64,000 nucleotides of DNA from assembly GCA_963774855.1 (NCBI GenBank), contig CAVZGT010000012.1, forward strand, positions 1,246 to 65,245, written 5' to 3'. Under the pieces are notes generated by a model. It had not been told where the DNA came from. It worked only from the letters and a program-made list of their open reading frames with translations, and searched no databases. Both the position numbers and the translations under genes were made by a program. Position 1 is the stretch's first letter, and each line of letters starts with the position of its first letter. Below, piece after piece: positions 59,692 through 64,000 of this stretch. This DNA comes from an uncultured Acidobacteriota bacterium. Lineage in GTDB: Bacteria > Acidobacteriota > Vicinamibacteria > Vicinamibacterales > 2-12-FULL-66-21.

Positions 59692-60807
59692 GTGACCCAC
59701 GCCCGTCTGTTCACCCCGTTTCGCGTCGCCGGCCTGGAATTGCGCAACCGGATCGTGATTGCGCCGATGTGCCAGTACTCGGCGGATGAGGGGCGGGCGA
59801 CAGACTGGCACGTCATCCATCTGGGTCATCTGGCACTCTCCGGTGCGGCGCTGCTGACGATAGAAGCCACCGCCGTGCTGCCGGAGGGGCGCATCTCGTC
59901 GCGCGATCTCGGTCTCTGGTCCGACGACACGGAGCAGGCCCTCGCACGAACGCTCGACAGCGTCCGCCGATGGTCGGACATGCCGATAGCCATTCAGCTG
60001 GCCCACGCCGGACGCAAGGCGTCGACACGCATACCGTGGAAGGGGGGCGGGCAGATCTCGCCGCGGGCGGATGGCGGATGGCAGACGGTGGCGCCTTCGC
60101 CACTCCCGTTTGGCCCGGACGAGAATCCGCCGGTCGCACTCGATCGCCACGGTCTCGCCAGGACCCGAGATGCGTTCGCGGAAGCCGCCGCGCGTGCCGG
60201 CCGGCTGGGCCTCGATGCCGTGCAGCTGCACGGCGCGCACGGGTATTTGCTCCATCAGTTCCTGTCGCCGCTGTCGAATCGACGGGACGATGAGTACGGC
60301 GGGAGCCTGGACAACCGGATGCGGTTCCCGCTGGAGGTGTTCGACGCCGTTCGCGCGGCGTTCCCGAAAGAGCGGCCGGTCACGATGCGTGTGTCCGGCA
60401 CGGACTGGGCGCCCAATGGCTGGGACATCGAGCAGACCGTCGCGTTTGCCGCGGCGCTCGAGGGGCACGGATGCAACGGCGTCCACGTCTCGAGCGGCGG
60501 CCTCACCCCCGCGCAAGTAATCCCGGTCGGACCGGGCTACCAGGTGCCGCTCGCGCGGGCCGTCAAGGCCGCGGTACGCATGCCGGTCGTTGCGGTCGGG
60601 CTCATCACCGACTTCGATCAGGCGGAGGCGATCGTGGGGACGGGCGACGCAGACTTCGTCGCGATCGCCCGCGCCATCCTCTACAACCCGCGGTGGCCGT
60701 GGCACGCCGCCGCCCATTTCGGAGCCAGCGTCAAGGCGCCCAGCCAGTATCTGCGCTCGCAGCCCACAGGCTATCGCGACTTGTTCAGCCCGGTCCGCGA
60801 AGATTGA
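59692..60807 (+). CDS. NADH:flavin oxidoreductase (old yellow enzyme, YqjM-like)
   Basis: APMCQYS, QLAHAGRK, HGAHGYL, YGGSLDNR, PGYQV. Confidence 0.93.
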   Translation: MTHARLFTPFRVAGLELRNRIVIAPMCQYSADEGRATDWHVIHLGHLALSGAALLTIEATAVLPEGRISSRDLGLWSDDTEQALARTLDSVRRWSDMPIAIQLAHAGRKASTRIPWKGGGQISPRADGGWQTVAPSPLPFGPDENPPVALDRHGLARTRDAFAEAAARAGRLGLDAVQLHGAHGYLLHQFLSPLSNRRDDEYGGSLDNRMRFPLEVFDAVRAAFPKERPVTMRVSGTDWAPNGWDIEQTVAFAAALEGHGCNGVHVSSGGLTPAQVIPVGPGYQVPLARAVKAAVRMPVVAVGLITDFDQAEAIVGTGDADFVAIARAILYNPRWPWHAAAHFGASVKAPSQYLRSQPTGYRDLFSPVRED

Positions 60808-60813
60808 CGAAGA

Positions 60814-61383
60814 TTACGACGCGGCCTGACCGGCCTCGTCAGTGGCCACGGCGCACCGGCTGCGATCGCCGAGCCACGCCGCGCTCAGGAGAACCAGCGC
60901 CGCGACCGGGCCCGCTGCCAAACCGTTGACTGCGATGCACACGGCTGCCAGCAGCCACACGATGTGCCATCGGGCCGCGCCGGTGTGTTCCGGCAGGATC
61001 GCGATTCGTCCGACCAACAGTCCGGCGGCGGCCGCCGATGAGACATGCGAGGCGCGCCACATGTCGACGATCGCGAGCATTACGGGCTGCGTGAAGAGGC
61101 CGGCGCTATTGAACAACTGCGCCGTCGCCGCGGGGACGATCCAGAGGAGCGCGGCGGCCGGCAGGAGCACGGCCGCGATGCGCCATTGATCGTCAGGCTC
61201 CCGATAGCACTCACGCTGGTAGCGCGCGCCGATGACCAGCGACTGCCACGCCACCCACCCTCGCGGTCGACGGTCGCCGGACGACACCCACTCTTCGTGA
61301 AGGTCGGCGAGGATCTCGTCGCGGTCGCTGCGGGGCAGAGCGAACCCGGCCAGGCGTTCCAATACGGTCAATCGGCGATCCAT
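60814..61383 (-). CDS. PadR-associated membrane protein
   Basis: RDEILADLHEE N-terminal motif plus TM segments; TGATG coupling to padR. Confidence 0.7.
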   Translation of the reverse strand: MDRRLTVLERLAGFALPRSDRDEILADLHEEWVSSGDRRPRGWVAWQSLVIGARYQRECYREPDDQWRIAAVLLPAAALLWIVPAATAQLFNSAGLFTQPVMLAIVDMWRASHVSSAAAAGLLVGRIAILPEHTGAARWHIVWLLAAVCIAVNGLAAGPVAALVLLSAAWLGDRSRCAVATDEAGQAAS

Positions 61384-61721
61384 CAGCGTCGCGGACTCCA
61401 CGAAAGATCGGGCGGCAGGCCCTCGAGCATCGCGTGCGTGTCGTCGAGCGTCACCCGCAGGGCGCGCATGCCGGCGGCCGCCACGGTGAACAACCGTTTG
61501 GCCTTCCCGCCCCGCTCGGAGGTCGGCTCGCCAAGGCGGGAGCGAAGATACCCCTTCCGCACCATGCGGTCCAGTGTCACGTAGACCGCGCCGCGCGAGA
61601 CGTCCCGGCGCGTGCACCGTTTGATCTCTTCCCGCACCGACACCGCATAAGCGCCGTCAGCCAGCCGCAGCACCGCCAGCACCACGAGTTTTTCCAGGTC
61701 GCCGAGGCCGGGGGTCGTCAT
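61383..61721 (-). CDS. PadR-family transcriptional regulator
   Basis: LGDLEKLVVLA, GAVYVTLDRM, ERGGKAKR. Confidence 0.92.
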   Translation of the reverse strand: MTTPGLGDLEKLVVLAVLRLADGAYAVSVREEIKRCTRRDVSRGAVYVTLDRMVRKGYLRSRLGEPTSERGGKAKRLFTVAAAGMRALRVTLDDTHAMLEGLPPDLSWSPRR

Positions 61722-62119
61722 GTGGCGGACCGGCGCGCAACGCGGGCGCGGCCAGCGAGCCACGCGGCCGCCGGCATCAGCACCACCGCGCCCACCATCA
61801 TCCACACCGGATGCGGAATCGCCATCATCGTCGCCACGGATGCCGACAGCAGCACCAGGCCGGCGATGGCGCCCGGCAGGATGGTGCGCGACCCGGTCCA
61901 GATCGTCGCCACCATCCCGGCGGTAAACGCCCCGGCCACCCACGCCACGAGCACCGACGCCATCATCGGCGTCGTGATGCTGCCGGGCACGGCCGGCTCC
62001 GCGGTACCGAGGAGCCAATGACCGGCGGACTCGATCAGGAGAATGACGAGCGCTCCGGCGAAGACGCCGAGCAGCCCACCGACCACCGGATGTGTGAACC
62101 AACTCGCTCGCTCTGCCAT
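61718..62119 (-). CDS. Hypothetical membrane protein (4 TM)
   Basis: Hydrophobic, IPHPVWM motif, AGGAG RBS, ATGA overlap with padR. Confidence 0.75.
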   Translation of the reverse strand: MAERASWFTHPVVGGLLGVFAGALVILLIESAGHWLLGTAEPAVPGSITTPMMASVLVAWVAGAFTAGMVATIWTGSRTILPGAIAGLVLLSASVATMMAIPHPVWMMVGAVVLMPAAAWLAGRARVARRSAT

Positions 62120-62128
62120 GCTGCGCTC

Positions 62129-62179
62129 CTATTATGGCTACGATGTCGCCATAATAGCCGGGATCCGTATTTGACGCAA
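62129..62179 (-). promoter_or_regulatory. Promoter and palindromic operator of the padR operon
   Basis: TTGCGT-N17-TATTAT; perfect 10-bp inverted repeat CTATTATGGC-N9-GCCATAATAG. Confidence 0.75.
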
Positions 62180-62221
62180 GTCGTGTCGTGCCCGGCAGGA
62201 CAATGCCGCGCGAGGAGGAGC

Positions 62222-62305
62222 CCCCATGGCCGCGACCAACCCGGCGAGCACGCCGAAGCCGGTGAAGACGGCGGCGCCGAGCCGCCAGGGCCGCATTTGC
62301 GGGTC
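62222..62305 (-). pseudogene. Internal fragment of an ADOP/FtsX ABC permease
   Basis: DPQMRPWRLGAAVFTGFGVLAGLVAAMG resembles the start of the second FtsX domain. Confidence 0.6.
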
Positions 62306-62374
62306 CCGATCTCATCTTGATTCCCCGCTCCCGATGTCGTCGGTCTGTGACCCTGCCGACTCCGGGGCGCGCCG

Positions 62375-62791
62375 TTACGCGGCCCGTTGGGGTCTGACCA
62401 CGAGCCGCAACGATGCGACCAGGCCCGCAACCGCCAGCGCCGTGAGAACGGGCGCCACCCAAAGCTCCATGGGTCCCGCGTACAGAGAGTGCCCCTGCGA
62501 TACCCACCAATATCGATCGCTCGTGGCCCGCCAGAACGTCGCGGCCGTCCAGCTCCAGCCGGTCGCCAGCAGAGCCGGCCCAAACGGCTGCTGCCTTCGT
62601 GCAGAAACGGCGCCCCACAGCATCAACCCCATTCCGACGACGTTCATGACGTAGCTGGAATAGCCGAATCCGCGCAGCCCCGCGATTGACCACGTGACGT
62701 AGGTCTCGAGCGGGACGTACACCAGGAGCCAGACAAAGGTGTACATGACAATCGCCTTCGACAGCGGGCGGAGGTCTTTGAATGTCGACAT
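62375..62791 (-). CDS. Hypothetical membrane protein
   Basis: About 4 hydrophobic segments, YVPLETYVTW. Confidence 0.65.
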   Translation of the reverse strand: MSTFKDLRPLSKAIVMYTFVWLLVYVPLETYVTWSIAGLRGFGYSSYVMNVVGMGLMLWGAVSARRQQPFGPALLATGWSWTAATFWRATSDRYWWVSQGHSLYAGPMELWVAPVLTALAVAGLVASLRLVVRPQRAA

Positions 62792-62853
62792 GTCGAAACC
62801 TCGGCGCACGCTGCGGAGGGCCGTACTGCAATGACGACGTCCACAGGCCGAGG

Positions 62854-63375
62854 TCAGGACCCGCGCTCGTCCTTGGGAACCGGGTCGCCGGTCCACCAGT
62901 TTCGGCGTTCAGTTTCATGCTTGCCTGCCGGCGACATCTGATCCGGCCCATGTGTCCTCAGGCGTCTCCGAGTGCGTTCGGAGAGCATGGTGTCGCCGAG
63001 GTCAGGCCGATAAGGGCGGCGCGTCAGGACCAGCAAGCCCATGCCCGCGGCGAGAGTGCCGGTCAGGAGCGCGTCGAGGCTGTAACTGCCGGTCAGGGTC
63101 TCCGCTGGCGGCACGTCGACGGGATTGAACAGGCCGAACGCAGCCCATCCCAACGCCGCCACCCCGCCGAAGAAGAACCCCGCTCCTATAACCCGCATCC
63201 ATACATGGAAGAATCGCGCGTATGCCCTTGGACGAGTCGCGATGATGTACACCCACGCGAAAAACATCACCACAACGGCGACCAGCGATAACCAGCCTGG
63301 CGCAAACAAGAACGCCAGCGCTCCACTGACGGCTACGAGAACAGCAGCGCTTCCCTTGATCTTGCTCACTGTCAA
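62854..63375 (-). CDS. Hypothetical membrane protein
   Basis: About 4 hydrophobic segments; PYRPDLGD and WWTGD. Confidence 0.6.
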   Translation of the reverse strand: MTVSKIKGSAAVLVAVSGALAFLFAPGWLSLVAVVVMFFAWVYIIATRPRAYARFFHVWMRVIGAGFFFGGVAALGWAAFGLFNPVDVPPAETLTGSYSLDALLTGTLAAGMGLLVLTRRPYRPDLGDTMLSERTRRRLRTHGPDQMSPAGKHETERRNWWTGDPVPKDERGS

Positions 63376-63511
63376 CCTTGTCGAGTGTGCGAACGAACCG
63401 GAATTCAGCGGTTCACCGGAGCCGGCGCAGACGATTCTCGCCCACGGTCGCGAACACGGCCGGCAATATTCTGCTCATTTCAGGCCAGAGTTCCGCCAGC
63501 GCCTGTCAGCG

Positions 63512-64000
63512 TCAGCCGCGATGAGCCTGCGCCTCTTTTGCCCGCTTCAACCACTGCCACAGCCCTCCCGTGATCTCGATGGGCAGCCGATGGCCCGCCT
63601 GTCTCGCCAGCATCACGATCTGTCCGCGGTGATGTCCCTCATGTGCCACCAGATATGAGAGGACGTGCACGACATCTACGGGCAGGTTCACCCACGCGAC
63701 TCCCGCCGCCGGGATTCTGCCGCCCTGTTTGATACCGAGCTCGAGCAGTTCGACGATTCCGTCACTGCTTCGCCCGAGCGCCGGCAGCAGCTCCCGGCGC
63801 GTCACCGTGTGACGGCTCACGCTCTTTGGTGCGCGGATGCCGTGCTGTCTCCCCAGCATCTTGATCCACATGCAGCGGGCGTTGTGAATGTGGCCGGCGA
63901 TCATCCGCACGCTTCGCCGGGACGTGCCGGGGACCGTCATCGGCCACAATTCGGACGGCAGGTTCTCGAACAAGAACAGCGTCACGCGGTTGCTGGTCTT
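63512..64000 (-). CDS. DinB-family protein, 5'-truncated by the window edge
   Basis: HIHNARCMW, YLVAHEGHHRGQI. Confidence 0.85.
   Translation of the reverse strand, partial: KTSNRVTLFLFENLPSELWPMTVPGTSRRSVRMIAGHIHNARCMWIKMLGRQHGIRAPKSVSRHTVTRRELLPALGRSSDGIVELLELGIKQGGRIPAAGVAWVNLPVDVVHVLSYLVAHEGHHRGQIVMLARQAGHRLPIEITGGLWQWLKRAKEAQAHRG

Noticed and set aside
63380-63511. Degenerate attC-like spacer between dinB and the membrane-protein gene
   Set aside because: No proper RYYYAAC/GTTRRRY pairing and no repeated sites between neighbouring genes

Overview
High-GC (about 65-70% by eye) bacterial chromosomal segment. Its gene content (carboxypeptidase-regulatory-domain TonB-dependent receptors, an ADOP-type permease, acidobacterial-type PadR, GTRG REP-like palindromes) suggests Acidobacteriota, probably Vicinamibacterales; this is an inference. 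At least 10 genes carry single-base frameshifts, most likely uncorrected long-read errors. Recognisable content: apbE; a serine hydrolase with a DesK/DesR-like two-component system; a basic protein-CHAD-pyrophosphatase cluster; a TBDR-ABC-lipoprotein-phosphoesterase cluster; a second TBDR and a PL10 pectate lyase; a cobalamin-riboswitch-controlled B12 uptake operon with PduO; a degenerate PP2C phosphatase; a two-GT4 operon; ppk1; namZ; a MazEF-type toxin-antitoxin pair; RclA-like and OYE oxidoreductases; a PadR operon. The strongest candidate for an undescribed system is a tightly coupled nicotinamide phosphoribosyltransferase (NAMPT) plus Cap12-type TIR/beta-rich-domain gene pair with no cyclase nearby (48760-51150). 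Also notable: an identical 23-bp motif upstream of both ppk1 and the CHAD-ppa genes 40 kb apart, a 131-bp MITE inserted into the loop of a GTAG REP with a 4-bp target duplication, and several orphan gene fragments in intergenic spaces. All family assignments come from motif recognition; no database search was run.
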